Shown here in pieces: positions 9,550 through 18,592 of a DNA stretch of 35,558 nt (position 1 is its first letter; each line of letters opens with the position of its first letter). Origin of the DNA: Bifidobacterium breve (GTDB taxonomy: Bacteria > Actinomycetota > Actinomycetes > S36-B12); assembly GCA_945885645.1 (NCBI GenBank), contig CAMCYV010000003.1, forward strand, positions 1-35,558, written 5' to 3'. The translations under genes and the position numbers were made by a program. The notes beneath the pieces were generated by a model. It did no database searches, was not told the DNA's origin, and was given only the letters and a program-made list of their open reading frames with translations.

Positions 9550-10934
9550 GAGCGTAAAGCCTCCTTGAAAACGATCGATGAAGCAAGATCGTGTAATCGA
9601 GTTACATTAGGTTGATTAGCAAGATTAAGAATTATGTCAGCGAGTTCATCTGCTTGGGAACCGTCTCCGCAGTTTGTGCGGAATTTGGTAAGCAGGTCAT
9701 CATCACTCAAAGGGTGCTGAGGAGTTCCTTTACTTCCAGCGACAGTGCCATACCAGACGTCACCATTTAGCGAATGGATTCGAACGTGACCGCTAGCGTC
9801 AGCTGCAAAACCTTCGGCCGGTCCCAACTCGACTTCAACACGTTCTGCGAGTCGCATTAATTCTGGGCGATCTAGGTTTTCGACACGGTAGGTATCAACG
9901 GTGACTTCGCCATCAATAAGTTGCGCAGCAAGACTCCACGGAAGTGAGAACTTTGCATCGTAGGGAGTCCGCGGAGAGTTCTTAGTTTCTCTTGGTTCAC
10001 AAACAGTTGGAGCACTGTCTGGATGCACTATGACTTGGATTCGCTCGATTTCTTCAATTGCGACCGAGGAGCCTTTAGCAGCGTCAAGTGTCACGTGCAT
10101 CAGTTGACAAGCCGGGATTGGTTTGATGGAAATACGAGTTGTTTCCCATGATTCGCCCAAATCACTAACAACAATTTCCGGGTCGGCTTCGCGTGCCGAT
10201 AGCGCTGCATAAATCCCATACTTTCCCTCAAACACCGTAGTTGGACCCTGTCCGCCAGCTGCAGCAAGCTCAGCAGCAATGACTCCGTTCATGGAGGCTA
10301 GCCCGGGGTGCAAGGTTTTCGTGTCGGATCCTGTTTCAAGAAATTCCAGTAGGCCGCCACTCGTCGAGGCAGCGATTCCAAGTCCGTTGGCTGCTACTTC
10401 TGCATCAGCGCCGCGAAGTCGACTGGTAATTAATGACGCCGCAAGGGTTCCGCTCACTGAGGTCGCATGCATTCCACGCGCGTGGAAACCGTGTGGCGTT
10501 GCCGAGGCCACACGACAAACAGTTTCATATCCGACAACGGCAGCAGTAAGAATATCTGCTCCGGTCGCATCAACACTCTGTCCAACGGCAAAGGCGGCCG
10601 GAAGCGTCACTGCTGTTGCATGAACTAAGCCTTTTGCGTGAGTGTCATCGAAGTCAAGTGCATGGACCAAGACTCCATTGGCGAGTGCTACTGCGGACAC
10701 GGCTAGAAGGTCATTACTTCCCAACATCCGCACACCTGATGGTGAACTGAAGGTGCGCGCGACAGTGCACGCCGCATGTGCTGCATGGAGACGGTTTGCC
10801 GCTATCGCTAAGCCAACACCGTCAAGAAGATGACGTGTCGCGGAGTGCCGAACCGATTCAGGAATTTGTTCAAAGCTCAGATCTATTGCCCACTGCGATA
10901 GGCGCGCGCTGACCGTGGGTGCCGTGATGGTCAC
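9546..10934 (-). CDS. MmgE/PrpD family protein
   Basis: Motifs LLDGVG, ALANGVLVHALDFDDTH, VVGYE, GMHAT, FEGKYG, KPIPAC, AKFSLPW and KGTPQHPL. Confidence 0.93.
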   Translation of the reverse strand: MTITAPTVSARLSQWAIDLSFEQIPESVRHSATRHLLDGVGLAIAANRLHAAHAACTVARTFSSPSGVRMLGSNDLLAVSAVALANGVLVHALDFDDTHAKGLVHATAVTLPAAFAVGQSVDATGADILTAAVVGYETVCRVASATPHGFHARGMHATSVSGTLAASLITSRLRGADAEVAANGLGIAASTSGGLLEFLETGSDTKTLHPGLASMNGVIAAELAAAGGQGPTTVFEGKYGIYAALSAREADPEIVVSDLGESWETTRISIKPIPACQLMHVTLDAAKGSSVAIEEIERIQVIVHPDSAPTVCEPRETKNSPRTPYDAKFSLPWSLAAQLIDGEVTVDTYRVENLDRPELMRLAERVEVELGPAEGFAADASGHVRIHSLNGDVWYGTVAGSKGTPQHPLSDDDLLTKFRTNCGDGSQADELADIILNLANQPNVTRLHDLASSIVFKEALRS

Positions 10935-12190
10935 AGAGCGCTCTCGGCCTCAAGGTTTTCAGAAGTAGGCTGCGCAACCTTATTTACTCCGAAGGCCCCT
11001 GTGCTCGCCAACTCCGCGATGTGTTCCGGTGAATATTTTAGCAGCTCATTCATGACGTATCCAAAGTCTTCATTTCGTTGTGGAGCTCGTCGATACGCTT
11101 TTGGCAATGAACCGAAATTAACGGGAGATGCCACCTGACGTACACGCCCAAAACGATGATGATCCGTCTCAACCACTAGACCGCGAGCGATGGTGTGAGG
11201 ATCGTTGAGGGCTTGATCTACGTCGTAAATCGGGCCGACAGGAACACCTGCGTCAGTGAGGGCGGTGATCCAGTAGTCGCATTTTTGAGTAAGGAATACC
11301 TCTTCAAGAAGTTTGATTAGTTCTTGAGAGTTTCTACTACGATCTGCGAATGTTAGGTACCTATCGTCATCTGCTAAATCCGGGCGCCCTATTGCCACTG
11401 CTAGGCGCTTCCAAAACTTTTCCTTTGCGCAAGCGACAACAATCCAACCATCAGCTGCTTCAAAATTTTGAAATGGCACTAGAGAAGGGTGTGCTGAATT
11501 CTTCATCCGCTCCGGCACGAAGTCTCCATTAAGGTTCCACGCTGCGATATAAGTAAGCATGGTTATGGCCGAGTCAAAGAGAGAGACATCGGAGTCGCCA
11601 CCAATTCCGTCACGTTTGGCTGCATGCAGGCCAGCTAGCAAACTAATTGCTGCCACGAATCCACCGGAGTAGTCGACCATTGATAATCCCGATTTAGTGG
11701 GTGGGCCCTCAGGATCCCCGGTGACGCTCATCCAGCCCGTTAATCCCTGCAATATGTAGTCATACCCAGGTTCTGTCGATCGAGGCCCCGTCATGCCGAA
11801 TCCACTCAAACTGCAGCACACAATCGCTGGGTTTAAATGCTTGAGGTCGTCATATCGAATACGCATTTTGGCGGGAACGTCTCCACGCAAATTGGAGTAG
11901 ACGGCGTCGCTGTTGCGCACAAGATCTTCAAAGACCGCTCGGCCTTCAGGGCTATGCATATCCAACGAAAGTGAGCGCTTATTACGATTGAAAGCTTCGA
12001 AGAAGATTGAGTCTTCACCTTCAGTCATCGGGGGTACATAGCGGCTCACATCGCCGCCAGCGGCAGGATCCTCAATTTTGATCACCTCAGCACCCAAATC
12101 GGCTAGATGCAGGGAGCCAAATGGCCCAGCGCCGTACTGCTCGATCGCGATAATTCGCACATCGCCCAGCGGCCTCATTGGGGCCCCCAA
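10931..12190 (-). CDS. Class III (CaiB/BaiF) CoA-transferase
   Basis: Motifs PLGDVRII, AGPFG..LADLGAEVIKIE, NRNKRS, GFGMTGP and PGYD (catalytic Asp). The start is TTG 12190 or ATG 12178. Confidence 0.94.
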   Translation of the reverse strand: MGAPMRPLGDVRIIAIEQYGAGPFGSLHLADLGAEVIKIEDPAAGGDVSRYVPPMTEGEDSIFFEAFNRNKRSLSLDMHSPEGRAVFEDLVRNSDAVYSNLRGDVPAKMRIRYDDLKHLNPAIVCCSLSGFGMTGPRSTEPGYDYILQGLTGWMSVTGDPEGPPTKSGLSMVDYSGGFVAAISLLAGLHAAKRDGIGGDSDVSLFDSAITMLTYIAAWNLNGDFVPERMKNSAHPSLVPFQNFEAADGWIVVACAKEKFWKRLAVAIGRPDLADDDRYLTFADRSRNSQELIKLLEEVFLTQKCDYWITALTDAGVPVGPIYDVDQALNDPHTIARGLVVETDHHRFGRVRQVASPVNFGSLPKAYRRAPQRNEDFGYVMNELLKYSPEHIAELASTGAFGVNKVAQPTSENLEAESAL

Positions 12191-12226
12191 TCTTGATTTT
12201 TGCTTGCGTGATGTCTAGCCTAACTT

Positions 12227-12241
12227 AAACGTCTGAGGTAT
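12227..12241. promoter_or_regulatory. Candidate FadR-type operator A (AAACGTCTGAGGTAT)
   Basis: Matches the palindromic motif repeated six times in intergenic regions. It lies just upstream of a minus-strand TAGGCT -10 (12222..12217) for the CoA-transferase operon. Confidence 0.7.
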
Positions 12242-12282
12242 TCTTCGTCAAGGGGAATTGAAAAGAAATCTCCCTATCTCTA

Positions 12283-12297
12283 AAACATCAGACAGGT
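12283..12297. promoter_or_regulatory. Candidate FadR-type operator B (AAACATCAGACAGGT)
   Basis: Second motif copy in the divergent 12191-12334 promoter region, upstream of the acyl-CoA dehydrogenase at 12335. Confidence 0.6.
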
Positions 12298-12334
12298 TGT
12301 CCCGTAGGCACCCATTGCAGAGGATACTGAGGGA

Positions 12335-13501
12335 ATGATAGGTACTCCGTTAGTCGAATCGGAAACCACCAAGGCACTTAGACAGACGGTACGGGAAGCC
12401 TGTGCGCCATTTGGACATTCCTACTTCCTCGAGGTCTCACGAGCACATGGTCACCCCCGAAAATTGTGGTCTGCTCTCGGCGATGCAGGGCTTTTAGGGG
12501 TTTCGATTCCCGAAGAATTCGGGGGCGGCGGTGCCGGAACTGCTGAATTGGTAATCGTGACCGAAGAGGTTGCTGCCTCTGGCTCACCCTTAATGCTTCT
12601 CGCCCTCTCCCCCGCCGTATGCGGGAATACTCTGGTCGCTCATGGAACCCAAGCCCAGCGAGAACGCTGGCTGCCCGGCCTAGCATCGGGACAAGACGTA
12701 CTCGCCTACGCGATTACCGAACCTGATGCGGGGTCCAATAGCCACCGAATGAGAACCACGGCAAGGCGCACCGCTCAAGGCTGGTCCCTCAATGGAGCGA
12801 AAACATACATATCCCACGTTGACAACGCTCAAGGAATTCTTATCGTTGCAAAAGTACGAGCTGAAGACTCTGTAACGGGCCGTGATGGACTGGGGTTATT
12901 CCTAATGGACGCTGACGCACCCGGGCTGACGGCGCAAAAGATTGATGTCGAGATCACCTCACCCGAGCGTCAGTTCACACTTTTTCTCGACAATGTTGAA
13001 GTCAGCGCTGACTCAGTGGTCGGTGAACCAGGAAATGGAATTGCTGCTCTCTTCACTGGCTTAAACCCCGAGCGCATTGCTAGCGCAGCACTTTTGAACG
13101 GGATAGCGCGTTATGCACTGGCTAAGGGTGCGAAATATGCAAGTGAACGTGTTGTGTGGGATGTCCCTATCGGTGCACACCAAGCTATTGCTCATCCACT
13201 CGCGCGCGCCCACGTACTCCTTGAAGCGTCTCGACTACTCACCGCACGGGCAGCAGCACTTTATGACGCCGATATGGATGCGGGTGAAGCTTCCAATATT
13301 GCCAAAGTATGTGCCTCTGATGCTGCGAGTGCCGCACTTGATGCTGCAATTCAGGCACACGGTGGTAACGGGATGGCAACCGAATATGGGCTCTCCACGT
13401 TGCTCGGTTTAGTGCGCCTATTTCGAATTGCACCTGTGTCAACGGAGATGAGCCTCAATCACATAGCTCGAAAGAGCCTCGGACTACCCAAGTCATACTG
13501 A
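12335..13501 (+). CDS. Acyl-CoA dehydrogenase (C-terminal Glu absent, helix-G Glu type)
   Basis: Motifs YAITEPDAGSN, LNGAKTYIS, GLNPERI, PIGAHQAIAHPLA, QAHGGNG, RIAPVS and LGLPKSY. Confidence 0.94.
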   Translation: MIGTPLVESETTKALRQTVREACAPFGHSYFLEVSRAHGHPRKLWSALGDAGLLGVSIPEEFGGGGAGTAELVIVTEEVAASGSPLMLLALSPAVCGNTLVAHGTQAQRERWLPGLASGQDVLAYAITEPDAGSNSHRMRTTARRTAQGWSLNGAKTYISHVDNAQGILIVAKVRAEDSVTGRDGLGLFLMDADAPGLTAQKIDVEITSPERQFTLFLDNVEVSADSVVGEPGNGIAALFTGLNPERIASAALLNGIARYALAKGAKYASERVVWDVPIGAHQAIAHPLARAHVLLEASRLLTARAAALYDADMDAGEASNIAKVCASDAASAALDAAIQAHGGNGMATEYGLSTLLGLVRLFRIAPVSTEMSLNHIARKSLGLPKSY

Positions 13502-13506
13502 TCCAC

Positions 13507-14274
13507 ATGGGGCAGCCGCAAGCAACTCACAAGCAACCGTCCAGGTGGCTTTCCGGTCATCACGGGCAGCGACTTCGCACCGAAGTCACATTGAACCTAC
13601 TCACAATCACGATCGACAACGCACCTGTCAATGCGCTCGACTCAATTTCCTATCAGGAATTGTACGAAATTTTTGATCAGCTACTAACCGCAAAGACTGT
13701 CTCGGCAGTACTCCTTCGTGCCGATAACCGATGCTTCTGCGCTGGACAAGATCGACGCGATGCACCGATTCCCCCGGCTGATCCATCCACGTATCTGAAA
13801 CACGCCGCAAGCGCACTCGCGCTCGCCACTCGGTGTCCGGTTCCAGTAGTCGCTGCAGTGAAGTCTGCAGCAATAGGCGCAGGATTAATCCTGGCTCTCA
13901 CCGCCGACATTCTGGTTTTAGATGAGGAGGCGACTTTGTCACTCCCAGAGCAAAAATTCGGAGTGATCTCCGGATACTCGCACCTCGCACAATGGCTCGG
14001 TCGGGCGGCGATAGCCAAAGTTCTCACCGGAGATCCCATTGACCCCCAAACATTTGTAAACCCTGGTGGCATTTTATTGCCAAATGATCAGGTTGATTCC
14101 CAAGCAGATCGAATCGCACGATCAATAGCCACTGGTGATACCAGCTTTGTGCTCGCAACCAAATCAGGATGGGCCAACAGCCGCGAATCAGTTGCACAGG
14201 CCTACCTTGTAGAGATTGAACAAACCATCTCGCAGGGCAGCATGAACTTCAATCTTTCTAGATCAGCTGACTAA
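13507..14274 (+). CDS. Enoyl-CoA hydratase/isomerase (crotonase) family, divergent
   Basis: Motifs ITIDNAPVNAL, CFCAGQD, CPVPVVAAV, AIGAG..LALTAD and SLPEQKFG. Confidence 0.82.
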   Translation: MGQPQATHKQPSRWLSGHHGQRLRTEVTLNLLTITIDNAPVNALDSISYQELYEIFDQLLTAKTVSAVLLRADNRCFCAGQDRRDAPIPPADPSTYLKHAASALALATRCPVPVVAAVKSAAIGAGLILALTADILVLDEEATLSLPEQKFGVISGYSHLAQWLGRAAIAKVLTGDPIDPQTFVNPGGILLPNDQVDSQADRIARSIATGDTSFVLATKSGWANSRESVAQAYLVEIEQTISQGSMNFNLSRSAD

Positions 14275-15790
14275 CAACCTCGCGTTTAACAACCTTCCCG
14301 CCTGCGTTACGGGGAAGGGGCGACAACGCAATCTCCCAACGCCTCGGGTGCTTGTAGTCTGAAAGTTGCGGCTCAACGTGTTGCGCAAGGGCAGCAAGGT
14401 CGATTTCAGCACCGGGTCGTGCAACGACAACAGCCACAATCGCCTCGCCCCATTTCTCGTCTGGGACACCAACCACTGCTACTTCGTGGACTCCGGGGAA
14501 TGTTGCGACAATCTCTTCGATCTCGCGCGGATATACATTGACACCCCCGGTGACAATCATGTCTTTCTTGCGATCGACGATGTAGATAAATCCTTCATCG
14601 TCAAGGATGACAACGTCGCCCGCAGTCACGAAACCGTCTGGTGTTGTGCACGCCTGCGTTGACTCAGGGTCATCAAGGTATCCGGTCATGAGGTGCGGTG
14701 ATCGAGAAAAGAGTTCACCGGGTTCTCCCGGCTTGACCGGGTTACCTTCTTCGTCGACAACCCGCACTTCAGTCATAAACCATGCATGTCCGACCGAGCC
14801 AATTTTGCGAAGTGCGTCGGCTGGGCGAAGCACCGTTACAACAGATGCTTCAGTGGAGCCATACAACTCATAAACGCCGACCTGAGGGAATGCCTCGAAC
14901 ACCCATTCCTTGAGAACTTTCGGTAATGCTGCTGCATTGAAATAAAGGGTCTCGAGTTGCGAGAGGTCGTACTCCCTTGGGCTTTTGTCCAGTGCTCGCA
15001 TTGTTTGAGCATGTGTGGGAACGAGAAAAACAGTCTGTATTCGATCACGTTCCGCTAAAGAGAGAAACTCAGTCGGATCCCATGAACGTAGAACCGAGAT
15101 GGTTGCGCCGCAAAAAACCGCGGTGTAGGCAAATGAAAATCCTGCACCGTGGTACATCGGCGCAACTGCCATAGTGCGCCTGCCCGGACCGATTCCGTAA
15201 TCGAGCGCGGTGGAATAGCAAGTCAAGGCACGGGCGCGGTGGCTGAGCATTACGCCTTTTGGTTTACCCGTTGTTCCGGAAGTGAACATGATCATGAATG
15301 TGTCATTTTCGTCGATATAAACCATGGGGTCAGTGGCGTCAACTTCGGCAAGAACTGCTTCATAGGGATTATCTGCTGAATTCGAATCAAGAGTCCAGAC
15401 AACCTTGAATGATTTTTGAATTTCAGTCGTCAGCCCGACATATTTTTCAGCGACAATGAGTACTTCACACTTACTCCGCTCCACAATGTACTCAATCTCG
15501 CGCTCAACACTTCGGGTATTTAGTGGAACCATGGTCATGCCACTTTTAGCAATGCCTGCTGCCACTTCAAAATACTCCATGCGATTACCCATCAGTACCG
15601 CAATTCGCGCACTAGGTTTCAATCCAGCTGCGAGTAATGCCTGAGCAACGCGAGATGAGCGCTCACCAAGTTCGGCGTAGGTGAGTGTCTCGCTACCATC
15701 AATCACGGCTATTTGTTGGGGAATCGAATGCGCGAATTCTCGTACACCGTTCGCCATGTTCAATGGTGCTCCGCCGTGATTTAAAGCCAT
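14258..15790 (-). CDS. Class I adenylate-forming acyl-CoA synthetase (AMP-binding)
   Basis: Motifs FTSGTTGKPKG, PMYH, ELYGSTE, TAGD, IVDRKKDMIVTGGVNVYPREIE and PRNAGGKV. GGAG RBS. Confidence 0.95.
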   Translation of the reverse strand: MALNHGGAPLNMANGVREFAHSIPQQIAVIDGSETLTYAELGERSSRVAQALLAAGLKPSARIAVLMGNRMEYFEVAAGIAKSGMTMVPLNTRSVEREIEYIVERSKCEVLIVAEKYVGLTTEIQKSFKVVWTLDSNSADNPYEAVLAEVDATDPMVYIDENDTFMIMFTSGTTGKPKGVMLSHRARALTCYSTALDYGIGPGRRTMAVAPMYHGAGFSFAYTAVFCGATISVLRSWDPTEFLSLAERDRIQTVFLVPTHAQTMRALDKSPREYDLSQLETLYFNAAALPKVLKEWVFEAFPQVGVYELYGSTEASVVTVLRPADALRKIGSVGHAWFMTEVRVVDEEGNPVKPGEPGELFSRSPHLMTGYLDDPESTQACTTPDGFVTAGDVVILDDEGFIYIVDRKKDMIVTGGVNVYPREIEEIVATFPGVHEVAVVGVPDEKWGEAIVAVVVARPGAEIDLAALAQHVEPQLSDYKHPRRWEIALSPLPRNAGGKVVKREVVSQLI

Positions 15791-15870
15791 GTGTTTCTCT
15801 CCATCTTGTGTAAATGCCGACTAGGCTCGGGACTACCTACATTTGATTCAAAAGCAAAGCGGGAACATTT

Positions 15871-16728
15871 ATGCCAACTGGTCGCACCATCGCACTCAAG
15901 ACGCTCCTTAACGTTATCCCAACTGATACTGATGTATTCCAGGGAGTTCAGGCAGATGTCGAAGCCCAGCGAGTTTTTGGGGGACAAGTGTTGGGGCAGG
16001 CTCTGGTAGCGGCAGGCAGGACTGTTGAATCCGGAATGCTTCCCCACTCCTCTCACGCCAGATTCCTTCAGGCACCAACCCCCATTGAACCGATCACCTA
16101 CCGAGTCTCTCGGGCTCGTGATGGTGCAAGTTTTTTCAATCGTGAAGTTGAGGCCGTGCAAAGCATTGGAATCGTTCTGACCATGTCGGTCTCCTTTCAC
16201 CGGCATGAGAGTGGATTTGAGCACAGCCAAGTCATGCCGGCAGTTCCTGATCCGGAGACCCTTGCATCCTTTGTTGATCAGATGACGCCGTGGGCGGATC
16301 GATTGAGCGAATGGTTTCAGCGCCCCCGACCAATCGAGGTTCGCTACGTCGCTAGCCCGCCGTGGGAGGCTGCTGACAGCAACCAAGCCACTTCCGAGTC
16401 CCAAGTCTGGTTGCGCTCTGAGCCTCTGGATTCCGACGACCCGCTCATTCACCTTGCTGCCATGATGTATGCATCCGACATGACCATTCTGGATCCTGCT
16501 GTTTTGCGTCATGGATTGGGTTGGTTTCCGGATCGAGTACGCGCTGCCACTCTGGATCATTCCATCTGGTTTCACGGCATAGGTAAAGCAGACTCTTGGT
16601 TTTTGTGTGACCACGAATGTCCCTGGACGGGTAACGGAAGAGCCTTGGCCACCGGCTCCATGTATTCGCGCGAAGGGAAGCGGCTGGCCACAATTGTTCA
16701 AGAAGCCGTACTTCGCCAGCCTCGCTAA
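15871..16728 (+). CDS. tesB: Acyl-CoA thioesterase II
   Basis: Motifs RVFGGQVLGQAL, HSSHARFL, RDGASFF.R.V.AVQ, YASD, TLDHSIWFH, GRAL..G.MY and VQE. Confidence 0.9.
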   Translation: MPTGRTIALKTLLNVIPTDTDVFQGVQADVEAQRVFGGQVLGQALVAAGRTVESGMLPHSSHARFLQAPTPIEPITYRVSRARDGASFFNREVEAVQSIGIVLTMSVSFHRHESGFEHSQVMPAVPDPETLASFVDQMTPWADRLSEWFQRPRPIEVRYVASPPWEAADSNQATSESQVWLRSEPLDSDDPLIHLAAMMYASDMTILDPAVLRHGLGWFPDRVRAATLDHSIWFHGIGKADSWFLCDHECPWTGNGRALATGSMYSREGKRLATIVQEAVLRQPR

Positions 16729-16751
16729 AGATTCAGAATCCAATTGCACGT

Positions 16752-17312
16752 TTAGATTTCGCATTCAAAGGGAACGAAACCGGCAGCAACTAACATTGCA
16801 CCGATCCCGGCGAGAATGCCGGTGACCATAAGTACTTCAGCTATTTCCTCATCACTGTACATGTTTAGCAGTGCTTGCCGTAATGAATCAGTCATAGGAA
16901 ATATTGGTGTGAACGGAGAAATTGAGTCAGCGAGTTCTGCAAGAGTGCGGTCATGATCGTCGAGCACCGCCATTTCACTTAGTGAATTTACAGATTCGAA
17001 GAGGGCATCGATCATCGTCTGCGAAACCCCGCATGCCAACGCAGAAGCGACGTCGTGAGCACGACAAAAAGTGCAACCGCTCCGGGCAGCAAGGCGCAAT
17101 CGAATCACTTCAATATCTCGCCGCGATACTGTCGTGTGATTAAAGAAATCAGCGTAAAAACGACCCCAGTAAAAATCGCAGGCATTGCGGGAATGAGACA
17201 TATATCGATGAAATGCGGTATCCACCCCCGCTGCCTCAAGGTTGTGAACATGCTGAGCCAAGACCGGGGGGACATCTGCTATGGGAAGACTGCGTTCGAT
17301 AAATGTGCTCAC
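16752..17312 (-). CDS. Carboxymuconolactone decarboxylase / AhpD-like protein (CxxC)
   Basis: E..RLRLAARSGCTFCRAH motif and YSDEEIAEV helix. GTG start overlaps the upstream stop. Confidence 0.78.
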   Translation of the reverse strand: MSTFIERSLPIADVPPVLAQHVHNLEAAGVDTAFHRYMSHSRNACDFYWGRFYADFFNHTTVSRRDIEVIRLRLAARSGCTFCRAHDVASALACGVSQTMIDALFESVNSLSEMAVLDDHDRTLAELADSISPFTPIFPMTDSLRQALLNMYSDEEIAEVLMVTGILAGIGAMLVAAGFVPFECEI

Positions 17313-18136
17313 GAATCACTCCCGGAAGCTGATACGCGTGTGGCCCAACGTGGTGGCCGCCCTTCCCGCCATGATGCAAACCCCTCCTGGGCATCAGAAT
17401 CTTTCGGCGTTACGTAGGAGAGGAAGACCTGCCGTTCAATCCCAATTGCCTCAGATGCCGGCGCTGCAGCAGTTCGTAACATTTGGCGCTTAACTGTCCC
17501 TAAGCAGTTACGTGATTTATCGGTCAACCAACTTAAACATTCTTCAACCGCCTGATCGAGTGAATCATCAGGGACGGATTTCAGTGCGATTCCAAGTTGA
17601 ACAAGTTCCGATGATTGCATCCACCTTCCCGAAAAGAAGATTTCTTTGGCACGCATGGATCCAACGATTCTGGGTAACCGAAAAGATGATCCGCCACCAG
17701 GAACCACTCCAAATACTGTATGTGCATCACCCACCTTGGCGCTCTCGGCAACAATGACAACATCGCAGGAAAGAATTAACTCAAAACCACCTGCGCGAGC
17801 TAATCCGTTTACAGCAGCAATGACAGGTGCATTGAGCTCTTCAATGCGCAACAAAATTCCACCCAGTCGCACAAGAACCGATTCAAAATACTCGCTGTTG
17901 TCAAATGCCTTGTCCAGTAGATGCTGATCAAGCCCAACGCTAAACGCCCGACCCGATCCGCGGATGACGAGAGCTCTAATTGACTGATCCTGCTCAACCA
18001 TTCCGACGATGGAATCGAGGTCTGCAAGCCAATCTTCAGTTATGCTGTTCAGTCGTTGCACTTGATTCATGGTCGCGTAGATGACATTGTCTCTTCTCAC
18101 TACGCCAAAGTCCCTAAAAATGAGATCAGTGGTCAT
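17309..18136 (-). CDS. Enoyl-CoA hydratase/isomerase (crotonase) family
   Basis: Motifs GRAFSVGLD, PVIAAVNGLARAGGFELILSCD, GDAH..FGVVPGGG, RLPRIVG and DAQEGFASW.EGRPP.W. Confidence 0.92.
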   Translation of the reverse strand: MTTDLIFRDFGVVRRDNVIYATMNQVQRLNSITEDWLADLDSIVGMVEQDQSIRALVIRGSGRAFSVGLDQHLLDKAFDNSEYFESVLVRLGGILLRIEELNAPVIAAVNGLARAGGFELILSCDVVIVAESAKVGDAHTVFGVVPGGGSSFRLPRIVGSMRAKEIFFSGRWMQSSELVQLGIALKSVPDDSLDQAVEECLSWLTDKSRNCLGTVKRQMLRTAAAPASEAIGIERQVFLSYVTPKDSDAQEGFASWREGRPPRWATRVSASGSDS

Positions 18137-18195
18137 GCCGGCACCTGAACTTTCTGCTCTTTGGAAATTGGGGCTGTGGCAATAGACTCAGTTAC

Positions 18196-18588
18196 ATGCC
18201 AGTGGTGTTGAACTCGCCCGAACGACTGCTCACGGTTTCTGATCGAGACCAACTGATCAAGGACGCTGGATACATTCATGAACTTTTCAAGCCCTCTGAT
18301 GTCAACCCCGAACCACCGTTTCCCGGCGAGGCGCTGTTGCTGTTCGCTGGCGGACTGGTGGAACAAACGGCTGGGCTTCCCGAAGGCATCCTTGCTTTGG
18401 TTGAGATTTCCACGGTGACATTCGGCTCTATGGCCGTTCCCCCGCTGACCGTGCACGTTGAACTGACAATCGAAGATCCAATTCCCACCCCCAGCGGCAC
18501 GAAAGTCATTTGGCCGATGACCTGGGTGATGCTCTCCGAGAACGGCGACCATTTCACTGCGAGTATAAAAATGCTCGGAACTCGTTAA
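18196..18588 (+). CDS. Hypothetical protein, probably a degenerate MaoC/hotdog-fold protein
   Basis: 130 aa. AGYIHELF resembles the hydratase GDxxxxH segment, followed by PFPG..LL...GL, ..V.F..... and C-terminal beta strands. Leaderless TAGACT -10 lies 7 nt upstream. Confidence 0.6.
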   Translation: MPVVLNSPERLLTVSDRDQLIKDAGYIHELFKPSDVNPEPPFPGEALLLFAGGLVEQTAGLPEGILALVEISTVTFGSMAVPPLTVHVELTIEDPIPTPSGTKVIWPMTWVMLSENGDHFTASIKMLGTR

Positions 18589-18592
18589 ATCA

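Noticed and set aside
15781-16764. 327-aa minus-strand ORF
   Set aside because: It is the antisense shadow of the well-supported tesB gene and has no recognisable motifs.
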